From: Haliotis cracherodii
Taxonomy: Eukaryota
Length of the DNA stretch: 64,000 bases
Assembly: GCF_022045235.1 (NCBI RefSeq)
Contig: NW_027266286.1
Coordinates: 44,144,001 to 44,208,000 of the forward strand
Direction of reading: 5' to 3'
In this document: positions 37,601 through 48,990 of the stretch, in pieces
How positions within the stretch are numbered: position 1 is the first letter of the stretch
Layout: every line of letters begins with the position of its first letter
Program-made: the position numbers and the translations under genes
Notes under the pieces: model-generated
Told to the model about the DNA's origin: nothing
Database searches by the model: none
Seen by the model: only the letters and a program-made list of their open reading frames with translations

Positions 37601-40115
37601 CATCACTTATTTGTCTGTCGATTGTTTGGTTGCCAGGGCGACGGACGTGCCTGTAGGAGATGACCAGATACATCACATCGAGCTGGCCAGAGATCTCGCC
37701 AAGGCTTTCAATAGAACATTCCAGGTCATATTTCCTAGACCTGAAGTTCTTTCAAGTAAGATGTTTTACATGAATCATAGCTGTTTCAGATTCTGTCTTG
37801 GATTGGCCACATTAATAGGATCACTGTCAGTGATGAATAATTACAAGTCAAACTGTAAAGGAATTACATCTGACATACTCTGAATTCCCAAATCTCATGT
37901 AGACATTAACACGAGACTCATTGATGAAAGGAATAGGAATCATTATTTGTGTACTGCAACATAATTTGATCTGAGTAAATGTAGAGTTGTGTCCCTTTGA
38001 AAAGTTCACTAAAGAATTAAAGTTATATTTGTTGACGTTCATCAGCTGATGAAGACAGTGCCTCACATGAGCAAATTCCATTATGTGTGAAGCATTATAA
38101 AACATTATTTAAGTTTATAAAAGCTTTTCTAAAACCCACCCTAAAGGGATTCCGGATATTGGTCTCCAGTAAGCCTCACTTTGTATTATACTTGGGTGGT
38201 CACACTCGGTGATTTGGTTGATTGTGTGTCACTGTGACCTGATGGTATAGATCATTGCTCAGGCATTACATTTACACTGTGTGTCGCGATACTGTCGTTC
38301 ACAAAGCAGGAAAATTGCTAGCTTCAGCACAGGCCTGTTTCCATTTTATTTTAAGTCAGAATAATGACATATTCCAACCTACAGAATCACAAGCTTTATG
38401 ATGATACGATATTCTAAGAATTTGATGGATTTAACACTGAGATAGTGTAGATTGAAAAATACCATTGCTTATGAAAGAAAGATGTTAATAAAATCCATTG
38501 ATGCCTTTATCATCAAAACTTAAGATCTAATCTGTAAATACAATTGGAACATGTACGAGTACCTCATGAAATCATATTATTTATCCCTTCACGTTTGTGA
38601 GTGAATTGTATATGCTGCTAAATATTTCAGCTCCATCATGATGTTCTGTAGATAATTGAGTGTGGGTCAGCTGAATAATCAGTGTTTCGCAGGATGAATC
38701 AGCCAGGTCACACACTACCTGATCTTAATAAGTCAGCTCTTGCAACAATCATGAGATAACATGGAATACCCACAGGGTAGATCGTTGGATGAATTGTTCA
38801 GAAATTACAATGACACAATCAACTAGGTCACACACAACTCTTGCAACAATCATGGGATAACATGGAATACCCACCGGGTAGATTGTTGGATGAATTGTTC
38901 AGAAATTACAATGACACGATCAGCCGGTCACACACAACTCTTGCAACAATCATGGGATAACATGGAATACCTACAGGGTAGATCATTGGATGAATTGTTC
39001 AGAAATTACAATGACACAATCAGGCGGTCACACACCACTGTTGCAACAATCATGGGATAACATGGAATACCTACAGGGTAGATCGTTGGATGAATTGTTC
39101 AGAAATTACAATGACACGATCAGCCGGTCACACACCACTCTTGCAACAATCATTGGATAACATGGAATACCTACAGAGTAGATCATTGGATGAATTGTTC
39201 AGAAATTACAATGACACAATCAGCCGGTCACACACCACTCTTGCAACAATCATGGGATAACATGGAATACCTACAGAGTAGATCGTTGGATGAATTGTTC
39301 AGAAATTACAATGACACGATCAGCCGGTCACACACCACTCTTGAAACAATACTGGGATAACATGAAATACCCATAGGGATGAATTGTTCAGAAATTACAA
39401 TGACACGATCAGCCGGTCACGCACCACTCTTGCAACAATACTGGGATAACATGAAATACCCATAGGGATGAATTGTTCAGAAATTACAATGACACGATCA
39501 GCCGGTCACGCACCACTCTTGCAACAATACTGGGATAACATGAAATACCCATAGGGATGAATTGTTCAGAAATTACAATTCTTTGAAATGTATGGAAACT
39601 GGTACAACTTTGTCCTCAAACACAGCATGATTGTAAATGTTTCATTCTTTGTTATCTTCTCTTCAGGTGATGCACCAAGGATCAAAAGTTTGAGAAATCC
39701 AGAAAACAAAATGAGTAAATCAGAACCGAATGCAAAAGGTCGCATCGACCTGACAGACAGTCCCGACGAGATCCGAGAGAAGATAAAGAAGGCAGTCACT
39801 GACTTTACAGCAGTGTTGTCCTATGAGCCTGAGGAAAGGCCAGGTGTGTCTAATCTGATTGACATCCACTCCTCACTCACTGGCCTGGTGCAGGAGGAGA
39901 TATGCGAGGAGAACATGTTGTTGAGTAAAAGTGACTATAAAGCCAAGTTGGCTGACATTGTCATTGAACAGTTGGCTCCAATTAGAGAGAATGTGCTGAA
40001 ACTAAAGGGAGATAAGTCTCACCTGGAACAAGTGTTGAAAAGTGGGAATGAGAGAGCCAGGGAAATAGCCCAAGAAACTATGAAGGAAGTGAAGAAGGCT
40101 GTAGGGTTGTCATGA
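22661..40115 (+). CDS. WARS2: Tryptophan--tRNA ligase, mitochondrial, 370 aa
   Basis: Exons are 22661-22771 (MAAPLTRH... transit-peptide-like), 29725-29912 ([21 protein letters not shown] motif), 31076-31157, 33427-33507, 34910-34992 (YPILQTADI), 37637-37755 (VPVGDDQ) and 39667-40115 (KMSKS). All are GT-AG with consistent phases, totalling 1113 nt. AATAAA occurs at 41068-41079. Confidence 0.96.
23651..23782 (-). mobile_element. SINE family B copy abutting the second EnSpm-like element
   Basis: Family B match with deletions. Confidence 0.8.
23785..28910 (+). mobile_element. Second non-autonomous CMC/EnSpm-like DNA transposon, 5.1 kb, in WARS2 intron 1
   Basis: TIR CCCAGCTAGCA / TGCTACCTGGG (1 mismatch) and a 2-bp TSD TT. 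Subterminal CATCGGC/GCCGATG motifs occur at both ends. Remnant exons lie at 26143-26230 and from 27351 ([20 protein letters not shown], like a DUF4806 C-terminus). Confidence 0.82.
28440..28895. repeat. Subterminal tandem repeat, ~4 x 115 bp, GC-rich
   Basis: GATGTCGATCCGATGAGCAAAACTTCATCGGCCC recurs at ~28453, 28568, 28683 and 28798. Confidence 0.9.
29093..29422. mobile_element. Degenerate hAT-like MITE
   Basis: The right end GTGTATCGTCCCAGCCCTA has GATAC/GTATC subterminal motifs. A degenerate matching left end is present. Confidence 0.45.
29954..30222 (+). mobile_element. SINE family D (MetaSINE/MESC-like core, no recognisable tRNA A box)
   Basis: Starts GACCCGTGAAGATCCGGGGTAGAA, core GCTTGTCGTAARAGGCGACT, (CAAA/CCAA)n tail. 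TSD TCATGTTTATAG at 29942-29953 and 30225-30236. Confidence 0.88.
31278..31972. mobile_element. Non-autonomous TIR element containing a nested SINE
   Basis: Termini CAGTGGCGGATCCAG ... CTGGATCCGCCCCTG, with flanks CATCGT/CATTGT. Confidence 0.65.
31487..31659 (+). mobile_element. SINE family B (short, tRNA-Asp-like head)
   Basis: GGTAGCCAAGTGGTTAAAGCG...CTCGTCACG...GGTTCGATTCCC, a tail shared with family A, and TSD AAGTTACCTGCT. Other plus-strand copies lie at 35049-35220 and 57489-57610. Confidence 0.88.
32268..32484. mobile_element. Small MITE with ~55-bp TIRs
   Basis: TGGAAGGTAATTTAAGGTACCAACGTTTACTACAATATCTGAAAAACTAT occurs with its near-perfect reverse complement ending at ~32480. Confidence 0.8.
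33695..33950 (+). mobile_element. SINE family D copy nested in a family C copy
   Basis: Same 5' end GACCCGTGAAGATCC. It splits the family C copy at 33537-34030. Other copies: 26297-26572, 30775-31033, 18075-18298(-), 14900-15540(-, split), 36346-36497(-) and 58835-58877. Confidence 0.85.
34118..34470 (-). mobile_element. SINE family C copy
   Basis: Full-length family C. Confidence 0.88.
34551..34884 (+). mobile_element. SINE family C copy
   Basis: Family C, inverted relative to 34118-34470. Confidence 0.85.
35641..35893 (+). mobile_element. SINE family D copy
   Basis: Same 5' end, with TSD AGATACATACAA. Confidence 0.88.
36055..36232. mobile_element. pogo/Tigger-like MITE
   Basis: TA|CAGTCAAATCCCCGTTATATCG ... 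CGAGATAACGTGCTTCGACT, with internal TTCGAGATA repeats. Confidence 0.55.
36866..37343. mobile_element. MITE, 478 bp, long imperfect TIRs, 12-14 bp TSD
   Basis: The TIR AATCTCATTAAAATCAGA...CGCTAAACAAAGATCTGAGGACATCCCATT is mirrored at the right end. The flanking direct repeat GGATGTACATTG lies at 36854-36865 and 37344-37355. Confidence 0.85.
38738..39579. repeat. Minisatellite in WARS2 intron 6: five ~100-bp units then three 89-bp units
   Basis: GGATGAATTGTTCAGAAATTACAAT recurs at ~38787, 38888, 38988, 39088, 39188, 39288, 39377, 39466 and 39555. Confidence 0.95.
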
Positions 40116-41236
40116 CAACAGCTAGCTCAGCTGTAATTACGGAACACTAACAAAGAACCAGTCTTAGTCATATTTGAGTGTTGTTCAAGAAAATACGCAA
40201 TTGTATTGTATACATCATTCTATCATGAATTTGGAAATTACACAGTTTGTATTAGTCATTCAGGGGTTATCAAATCACAATAAACCCCCTCTGATTGAAA
40301 CAGCCAATTTATTGGCCGCATCACCATGGAAACTGATATTTAATGAACAGAACTTCTGTTTCAATCATAACCAGTAGGCATTTCAAAATAATTATGTGAA
40401 TAGTTATAGATTAATAAATGCAAAGTTGCAGTTACTTCAATATTCAAAGTATGCGTGGCAATAGTTGAAGAACATGTTGTATATGCCTATGTGAGTTTGA
40501 TTGGATGCTTTTATGTAACTGGAAGAATGGACAAAAACTACTGAAAACCATAGCAAAAGATCAAGGGGATGGTATCAGCTACCCAAAACACATGGCTGAA
40601 TGCAATCAGTGGTTGCACATGCAATACATGACAAGTAACAATCAGTGTGTTTGTAAAATAGTTGATTTCAGATGCAACTTAATTGCACTCTTGAACTTTG
40701 AAAATGCGACCTTTTATAAAAAGAAATTCTGTGTGACCCTGAGTATAACTGAATTTTACCTCCGTGCTGTTTCTCTTGATCATTTTCAGTCTGGAATTAA
40801 TGTATTCTACAAAGATGATATGTTGCCATTAAGTGATTTTGGGAACTATATATTTTGCTTGGTTGATCTGAATTGTATAAAAGAACATTAAGCTGTATAA
40901 TCATGATAATAACCCAAAACTGTGACTGCCATATTGACTCTGAGCTTAGGTTTCTCAACTTTTGATAGGGATATTCTATCTGAGTGTCTAGTCTGGGGAC
41001 ACGGATTTAGATAAATATGGTTTTTATATTGCCATGGAGCTCAGACAACTTGAGTTTAAGAAATTCAAATAAAAATAAACACAAATATTAAATTCTCTTA
41101 GTTGTTATTCTCTGCAATACTTTTCTGAAATATTTAATTTAATCATCCAGTGGAAGGTATTAGTTCAGGAAATGCAGTAATGTGTGACCTCCTCAGCTTT
41201 CAACCATCGGTTTATCTATTCCTCCTTTGTTACAAA

Positions 41237-43965
41237 ACCAGTAGTTTATCTGGCCCTCCTTTGTCATCAACCAGTAGTTTATCTGACCCTCCTTCGCTAT
41301 CAACCAGTAGTTCATCTGGCCCTTCTTTGTCATCAACCAGTAGTTTATCTGACCTTCCTTTGTCATCAACCAGTAGTTTATCTGGCCTTACTTTGTCATC
41401 AACCAGTAGTTTATCTGGCCTTCCTTTGTCATCAACCATTAGTTTATCTGACCTTCCTTTGTCATCAACCAGTAGTTTATCTGACCTTCCTTTGTCATCA
41501 ACAAGTAGTTTATCTGACCTTCCTTTGTCATCAACCAGTAGTTTATCTGACCTTCCTTTGTCATCAACCAGTAGTTTATCTGGCCTTACTTTGTCATCAA
41601 CAAGTAGTTTATCTGACCTTCCTTTGTCATCCACCAGTAGTTTATCTGGCCTTCCTTTGTCATCAACCAGTAGTTTATCTGGCCTTACTTTGTCATCAAC
41701 CAGTAGTTTATCTGACCTTCCTTTGTCATCAACAAGTAGTTTATCTGACCTTCCTTTGTCATCAACCAGTAGTTTATCTGACCTTCCTTTGTCATCAACC
41801 AGTTGTTTATCTGGCCTTCCTTTGTCATCAACAAGTAGTTTATCTGACCTTCCTTTGTCATCAACCAGTAGTTTATCTGGCCTTCCTTTGTCATCAACCA
41901 GTAGTTTATCTGGCCTTACTTTGTCATCAACAAGTAGTTTATCTGACCTTACTTTGTCATCAACCAGTTGTTTATCTGGCCTTCCTTTGTCATCAACCAG
42001 TAGTTTATCTGGCCCTTCTTTGTCATCAACCATTAGTTTATCTGACCTTCCTTTGTCATCAACCATTAGTTTATCTGACCTTCCTTTGTCATCAACCATT
42101 AGTTTATCTGGCCCTTCTTTGTCATCAACCAGTCTATTACCTGACCCTCCTTCGCTATCAACCAGTAGTTTACCTGACCCTCCTTCGCTATCAACCAGTA
42201 GTTTATCTGACCTTCCTTTGTCATCAACCATTAGTTTATCTGACCTTCCTTTGTCATCAACCATTAGTTTATCTGGCCCTTCTTTGTCATCAACCAGTCT
42301 ATTACCTGACCCTCCTTCGCTATCAACCAGTAGTTTACCTGACCCTCCTTCGCTATCATCCAGTAGTTTATCTGACCCTCCTTTGTCATCAACCATTAGT
42401 TTATCTAGCCCTTCTTTGTCATCAACCAGTAGTTTATCAGGCCCTTCTTTGTCATGAACCAGTTGTTTATCTGACCTTCCTTTGTCATCAACCATTAGTT
42501 TATCTGGCCCTTCTTTGCTATCAACCAGTAGTTTATCAGGCCCTTCTTTGTCATGAACCAGTTGTTTATCTGGCCCTTCTTTGTCATCAACCTGTAGTTT
42601 ATCTGACCCTCCTTTGCTATCAACCAGTAGTTTATCAGGCCCTTCTTTGTCATGAACCAGTTGTTTATCTGACCTTCCTTTGTCATCAACCTGTAGTTTA
42701 TCTGACCCTCCTTTGTCATCAACCAGTAGTTTATCTGGCCTTCCTTTGTCATCAACCATTAGTTTATCTGGCCTTCCTTTGTCATCAACCATTAGTTTAT
42801 CTGGCCCTTCTTTGTCATCAACCAGTAGTTTATCTGACCTTCCTTTGTCATGAACCAGTAGTTTATCTGGCCTTACTTTGTCATCAACCATTAGTTTATC
42901 TGGCCCTTCTTTGTCATCAACCAGTAGTTTATCTGGCCTTTCTTTGTCATCAACCAGTAGTTTATCTGGCCCTTCTTTGTCATCAACCAGTAGTTTATCT
43001 GGCCTTACTTTGTCACCAACCAGTAGTTTATCTGACCCTCCTTTGCTATCAACCAGTAGTTTATCAGGCCCTTCTTTGTCATGAACCAGTTGTTTATCTG
43101 GCCCTTCTTTGTCATCAACCAGTAGTTTATCTGACCCTCCTTTGCTATCAACCAGTAGTTTATCAGGCCCTTCTTTGTCATGAACCAGTTGTTTATCTGG
43201 CCCTTCTTTGTCATCAACAAGTAGTTTATCTGACCTTCCTTTGTCATCAACCTGTTGTTTATCTGGCCCTTCTTTGTCATCAACCAGTAGTTTATCTGGC
43301 CTTCCTTTGTCATCAACCAGTTGTTTATCTGGCCCTTCTTTGTCATCAGCCAGTAGTTTATCTGACATTCCTTTGTCATCACCCAGTTGTTAAGCTGGCC
43401 CTCCTTCGCTATCAACCAGTAGTTAATCTGGCCCTCCTTTGTCATCAACCAGTAGTTTATCTGACCTCCTTCGCTATCAACCAGTAGTTCATCTGGTCCT
43501 TCTTTGTCATCACCAAGTTGTTTATCTGGTCCTTCTTTGTCATCACCAAGTTGTTTATCTGGTCCTCCTTTGTCATCAACCAGTAGTTTATCTGGTCCTC
43601 CTTTGTCATCAACCAGTAGTTTATCTGGTCCTCCTTTGTCATCAACCAGTAGTTTATCTGGTCCTCCTTTGTCATCAACCAGTAGTTTATCAGGCCCTTA
43701 ATTCTTTGTCATCCACCAGTAGTTTATCTGGTCCTCCTTCGCTATCAACCAGTAGTTTATCTGGTCCTTCTTTGTCATCACCAAGTTGTTTATCTGGTCC
43801 TCCTTTGTCATCAACCACTAGTTCATCTGGCCCTTTATTCTTTGTCACCAACCAGTAGTTTATCTGACCCTCCTTTGCTATCAACCAGTAGTTTATCAGG
43901 CCCTTCTTTGTCATCAACCAGTAGTTTATCGGGTCCTTCTTTGTCATCAACCAGTAGTTCATATG
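41237..43965. repeat. 33-bp minisatellite, ~82 units
   Basis: The unit is ACCAGTAGTTTATCTG(G/A)CCTTCCTTTGTCATCA with variants. It explains the long ORFs at 41150-43983. Confidence 0.97.
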
Positions 43966-45758
43966 GTCGTCCTTAGCTTTCATCCACTGGTTTGCCTATC
44001 AGGATGGCTACCCATGGCTATATCACTATCATATAGCTGGAATATTACTGAGTGCAGAGTTAAACAACAAACAAACTTAGCTATCAACCATTGGTTTGTC
44101 TGACCCTCACTAGCTATCAACCCCTGGATTTTTGAGACTTTACACTAAACGTACTCTATAAAATGGGGTTTTGAAGATGACCCTAGCTAAATTTATATGG
44201 TTTATCGAGATAGTACCAGCATATGCTAAAAACATCATCTTTGGTCATAAGTTTGTTGGAAGAGGCTCTCTTGGAGTTGAACATTTTAGCCAATTTTATG
44301 ATAATGTTTGTACGTCATATGCAAACCTTTCCTTAATTGTATAATTTCAGATTTCCAGCGATCTGTAAAGGGCCCCTATCATATCTCTTCCCTTACTGAT
44401 AGTGTGTTTAAGGGTTAGGTCCTCCAATAGATTGATGTGGATGTTAAAAATACTTGTTTTTTCTAGTTCAAGTGTGTTCGGATGTACAAAATGAGTGCTG
44501 AATGTGGATAATTCCTCAGATTTGGCTGATAACGATTTTTCCTTTCGCCTCACGTCATATATCAATGTTTACAATATTGATCACTTGCTTGGTAGCGCTC
44601 TGTAGACCACGAAAGTAGAAAAACTTCTGACTACAGGATTAACTTCAAACAAACACCACTCCCGTTTCTTATTTTTTTTAAACAAATCTTTTTCACGAAA
44701 GTATCTACTTCTACACAATTATGCTAAAGATCTTAGGAAATGTTGAATTCTAGACTTATCCAAAGTACCCTTGACAGCGAGATAATTACATTTACGACTT
44801 TTAACTTCCCTGTACTGAAAGCCAATGCATATACATCGGCAAGTTCATAAATCAAACTTAAACCGTTTCATGTTTTAAAGTGTGCTTTTACATAATATTA
44901 CATTTCACAGACACTTCACCCGATAAAACTCCAATTGCTTTACCAACCCGCACGAAGTTTGACTAGAAAGATATTTACTAACTCTGTGTCAACAAGAACC
45001 TTTCATTTTGCCGAGGTGGGGATTATGTTTCAAGTAAAAGTAAGTTGACAAAGCATTTAGGGACTAAGTACATTTAAGGAGAACCAAATACTCAAGAAAA
45101 AATAGAGGCTTTATTTTGATATATTGTTCTCGTACTTAACATGGGTGTATGTGGTTATCTTTCTGCCCTGCTTTGAGAAAGTGACCTGACTAATCGCTGC
45201 CTAAACAATATGACACAAGGCGAACAAGAATACGTGAAACTTAAAACCATTCAGAAATCCAGAAGCTGATTCTATATTCGCCCTAAGCTATTCAAACACA
45301 GCGTTCACCAATTATCAGAAGTACAATCTAGACCATTTGCTTTTACAGGACTTGTTTAACTGATCGGTACGAGTGCGTAAAACATGTTGTGTACACTGAT
45401 CCGACAGGGTTTTCTTTAGAATTATAACCGTATTTATGGAATGCTGTTGTACCCTGTGTATAGTCAGACGCAAGATGGTTAAGTGAATATTTGAAAAAAG
45501 GACTCTCGGTCATGTTCAGAGTACAAGATCATATATTCTCCATGTTCCAATTGTACACCTGTGTGCTTGTGTTTTGGATTTCTTCTCACGGCATTTTCGT
45601 CATTTAGGTCGAACATATATACAGTCTGCGATTACGTGATCGGAATATGATGTTAGATCTCCAAATCATTGAAAGACTATATATGCAAAGACCGTGTATA
45701 GCTGCCGTGAGACTGTAATTGATTTGTGAAGAGAGCAACAATTAGCATCAGGGACGCA

Positions 45759-46676
45759 ATGGATGATCTGTCGTACAAGCTCCAGGTGTTTCACACTGTT
45801 AACGAATACAAGGCCCATCGTTTAAACAGAACCGAGCAGTGCAAACTTGAATCTGCTCGGACCTTGATCCATAGGGAGAAGACTCTCTATGAGAAAGACT
45901 TTCAACTTCGAGTTCAGAAACTTAAAACTCGACAGCAAGAGATGAAAAGGGACGTGGATGTAGGCAGCGATGACGAGAGGAAGGAGTTTAAAACTCTGCC
46001 CGATTCAGCGAGACCGTCTTCGCTTCGATTCAGGGGCTGTAAATCTGCTCGCCTACCTAAGAGTGAGGAGTGTTCTCTATGTGACCGGATTACTGACATA
46101 GTTCTTAAGTACGAGGCAGAGAAGCGTCCAAAGAACACAGCAAGGTATGCCACTTCTACGAATCTGTGCCAATCTGACAGCCATGTCAGACAGTTTCTGG
46201 AGTCTATAGAAACAACGGTGATGCCTTTGAAGTGGGACGTTACCTCTGGGAGTTTTATGGATGCTGGAAGAATACATTTAGACGGACGTGCTAAGAGTTG
46301 CAAAGATGGAATGCTCAGTATGAAGACTGATAAGAATACAGATATAAACCCATCTCAGAAAAGACTGATCAGAGAATCAACGAAAATGCTTCCACCAGAC
46401 GACATGGGTCACGTGTGTACGACCTTGACCTCGGCCAAAAGTCGACGAACGTTTCCCGCCAAGATTGAAATTCAAAGGAAGGTTGGCGAGTTTGTACAGT
46501 CACAAGAGGTGTACAATAGGACGAATCCGGTCAATGAAGACATTGTAGTTCAGTGCGAGGCCTTTCGTCTCCATAGCGGCAACAGGGTGGACCGAAAACC
46601 ACCACAGTTCGTCAGTAGGCGGGAAGCCATGATGTCTGAAGTCTTGGAGAAACTAGGAATCACAAAAGCCAACTAG
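45759..46676 (+). CDS. Uncharacterised single-coding-exon protein, 305 aa, N-terminal coiled-coil-like motif (possibly CCDC190-like)
   Basis: A 918-nt ORF in non-repetitive sequence, starting at gcaATGG, with an acceptor-like TTTAG at ~45607 upstream. It shares the motifs VFxxxNExxAxRxNxxxQxKLxS and QxKVxx[FY]V with the ORF at 59099-60244. Confidence 0.75.
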   Translation: MDDLSYKLQVFHTVNEYKAHRLNRTEQCKLESARTLIHREKTLYEKDFQLRVQKLKTRQQEMKRDVDVGSDDERKEFKTLPDSARPSSLRFRGCKSARLPKSEECSLCDRITDIVLKYEAEKRPKNTARYATSTNLCQSDSHVRQFLESIETTVMPLKWDVTSGSFMDAGRIHLDGRAKSCKDGMLSMKTDKNTDINPSQKRLIRESTKMLPPDDMGHVCTTLTSAKSRRTFPAKIEIQRKVGEFVQSQEVYNRTNPVNEDIVVQCEAFRLHSGNRVDRKPPQFVSRREAMMSEVLEKLGITKAN

Positions 46677-48726
46677 CCATCGCACGGCTGCTTCTTTTTC
46701 AATGTTGAACCTCGTGCAGCTTCACTTATTGTTGTAGATCCATGTCCAAGCGAAATGTGGATGGTGTCCTCTTGGATATTCCTGCAAAACGCGATAAATG
46801 TGAAATTAATCTTTCTAAATACAGATAGGTACATCAGTTAAGGCTTAGTATCAGACATTTAACGTTTAGTGAATGCTTAACATATGCAATAGGCACGCTT
46901 TTTGTACTTGAGGCCTGAAACCTATAGTGACAGTCACAAACCACAGCTGATCAAACTGTTGTGCACTTGGATTCAAAATGAACAGATTCAATCCTACGTC
47001 GTAGCTGTGCAAAACTTCTTGCAGGATTATGGAAACAAGTCCAGGTCGGTTAATTCATGTGGCTATCTGTTGGCGAGGCAGTGGAGAAAGCACAGAGAAA
47101 CAGACATCGATATTTTAGTTATATTTACTTTTCACGAAAGGGGTATATAATACAATCTCTTGTGATGCAATTTTGTTGCTCTTATCATTTTTCTTAGCAA
47201 TGAGAAGGTGATTACATAATGTTTATTTTCAACTGAAAGTCAAACTGTAATTTTATCTGTATCTTTTTAATCATTCTGAACATCTTCCTGCATTTCTCCC
47301 CTACCATCACAATGGTTGGATATACGTCATTTATCTAATTTTTTAACGATCTGATAGTTTACCCCCGAACCTCTCTTCAATAAGAACCGCCTTACTCTCG
47401 GGATCAAGTGAGGTTGGTTGAGCAGCAGAGTAGTTTATTTGTTCGCTCGCAATGTCGAATCTCCGTGATTGAACCCAATTTTCGTGTTCCCGTCGTCATA
47501 ATATTGCAGGAATATTGCCAGAAGCGGCAGAAGACTATACTCTCTTACGCCTTAACGACACAATAAGTTGTGCGAGTTGTGTATAACACACATTGTAATA
47601 GTACTTCAGTAATATGACGGCGTGGCAGCTTAATGTGGGAGGACATGCCAAAATGATTTTAGTGATAACTACGAGGGATGCTTAAATAGCTTTATCTGTG
47701 ATTATGGGATCATTTCACTGACTTAGTCAAGAACCTCTTCACAGCAAATTGCAGCACATTGGATCAATGGACCACCGGTTTTCCCTTTAGTGAGTGAGGG
47801 AGTTTCAGTGATATCACAGCGTGTCAGCTTGATGTGACAGGAACGCCAGAAGTGATGCAGGTGTCAGACATTTACCACTTTGGTGAAGCCAGAGAGCACG
47901 GTACGATGCTGACAAACCCAGACACATAATCTAGGCGGAGCCGCGATCAATATTGTCTGGCAGATCTAAAGGACGCATCTCCGCTAAGCGAATATAAGGA
48001 GCCTCAGACGACGGGGCCACCTGTAGACGGTGATTATGCCACACAGTACATGTATGTGCAATGTCGTTAAATTTTGTCCTATTTATTGTAGTGTTCAGTC
48101 AGTAGTGGTGTTACGTTTTATGAGAACCGCGACCATGTACCTCAGGGACATATGTCCACCCACACGCACGCAGAGACGCAAGCAGTTATTCTCACACTCT
48201 AAATATATAATGAAAATTATGATAAGAAACAAAGAAACTTTCAGAAAGAATTTTTTAAACACAATTCATTGTTCCTCCGCACATATATTTTCAAAACAAA
48301 GCAAACCGGTAGTTGTGAAGAGGCCACACCAACACCAACAAGCCATTCGAATCGAGCCATGCCTTTTAACACATGAACACATGAGGTAACACATGAACCA
48401 TTATCATATGAACATCATATGAACATCATATGACACTTTTCACAATGACATGGTGAGTGAGAACCTGAGTGAATGTTGTTTTACGTCAAAGTCATTATTT
48501 ACTTATATTACGACATGCTGAAAATAACTGAATCAGAAACAGGCTGACAGGTGGTTGATAGTATGAACACAACACCGTCAGACTACAATGACCAATAATC
48601 AGACATGTCACACATTGTGACCATTCGATCCCCATTAGTCTAGTCTTTCGAGCTGTTGACACTGTTTCTTCGTAGGAGTTCCCTCAGGTGTCAGAATGAC
48701 ATGGATATACCTTCTTACTTCACATT

Positions 48727-48990
48727 GGGGCACGGGTGGCACAGTCGTTTAAGGCGCCGCCATTCGATGCGTTGCGTCCCTTGGGCACGCAAAACCTATG
48801 ATTATGGGTTCGAATCCCGGTCCGACCCGATTGTGTTTCTAGGTTTGTCAGCACCATACCCGTACTCGTGGGTTCCACCGAAGGGGTAAACGTCTTAGAC
48901 CTGCATCACCTTTCCTCCCACGGTAAGCTGACACGCTGCGATATAACTGGAATACTGTTAAAAGCGGCGTTAAACCCACCTAACTCACTC
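48727..48990 (+). mobile_element. SINE family A copy
   Basis: Family A match, with TSD-like TACTTCACAT on both sides. Confidence 0.88.

Noticed and set aside
38738-39579. CRISPR-like or snoRNA-cluster appearance of the regular repeats (also 28440-28895)
   Set aside because: The units are fully repeated with no unique spacers, the context is a eukaryotic intron with no cas genes, and there are no convincing C/D box pairs.
41150-43983. Very long ORFs (435, 767, 712 aa) suggesting repeat proteins
   Set aside because: They come from a 33-bp (11-codon) satellite that is stop-poor in several frames on both strands. There is no unique coding flank, and a SINE origin is evident.
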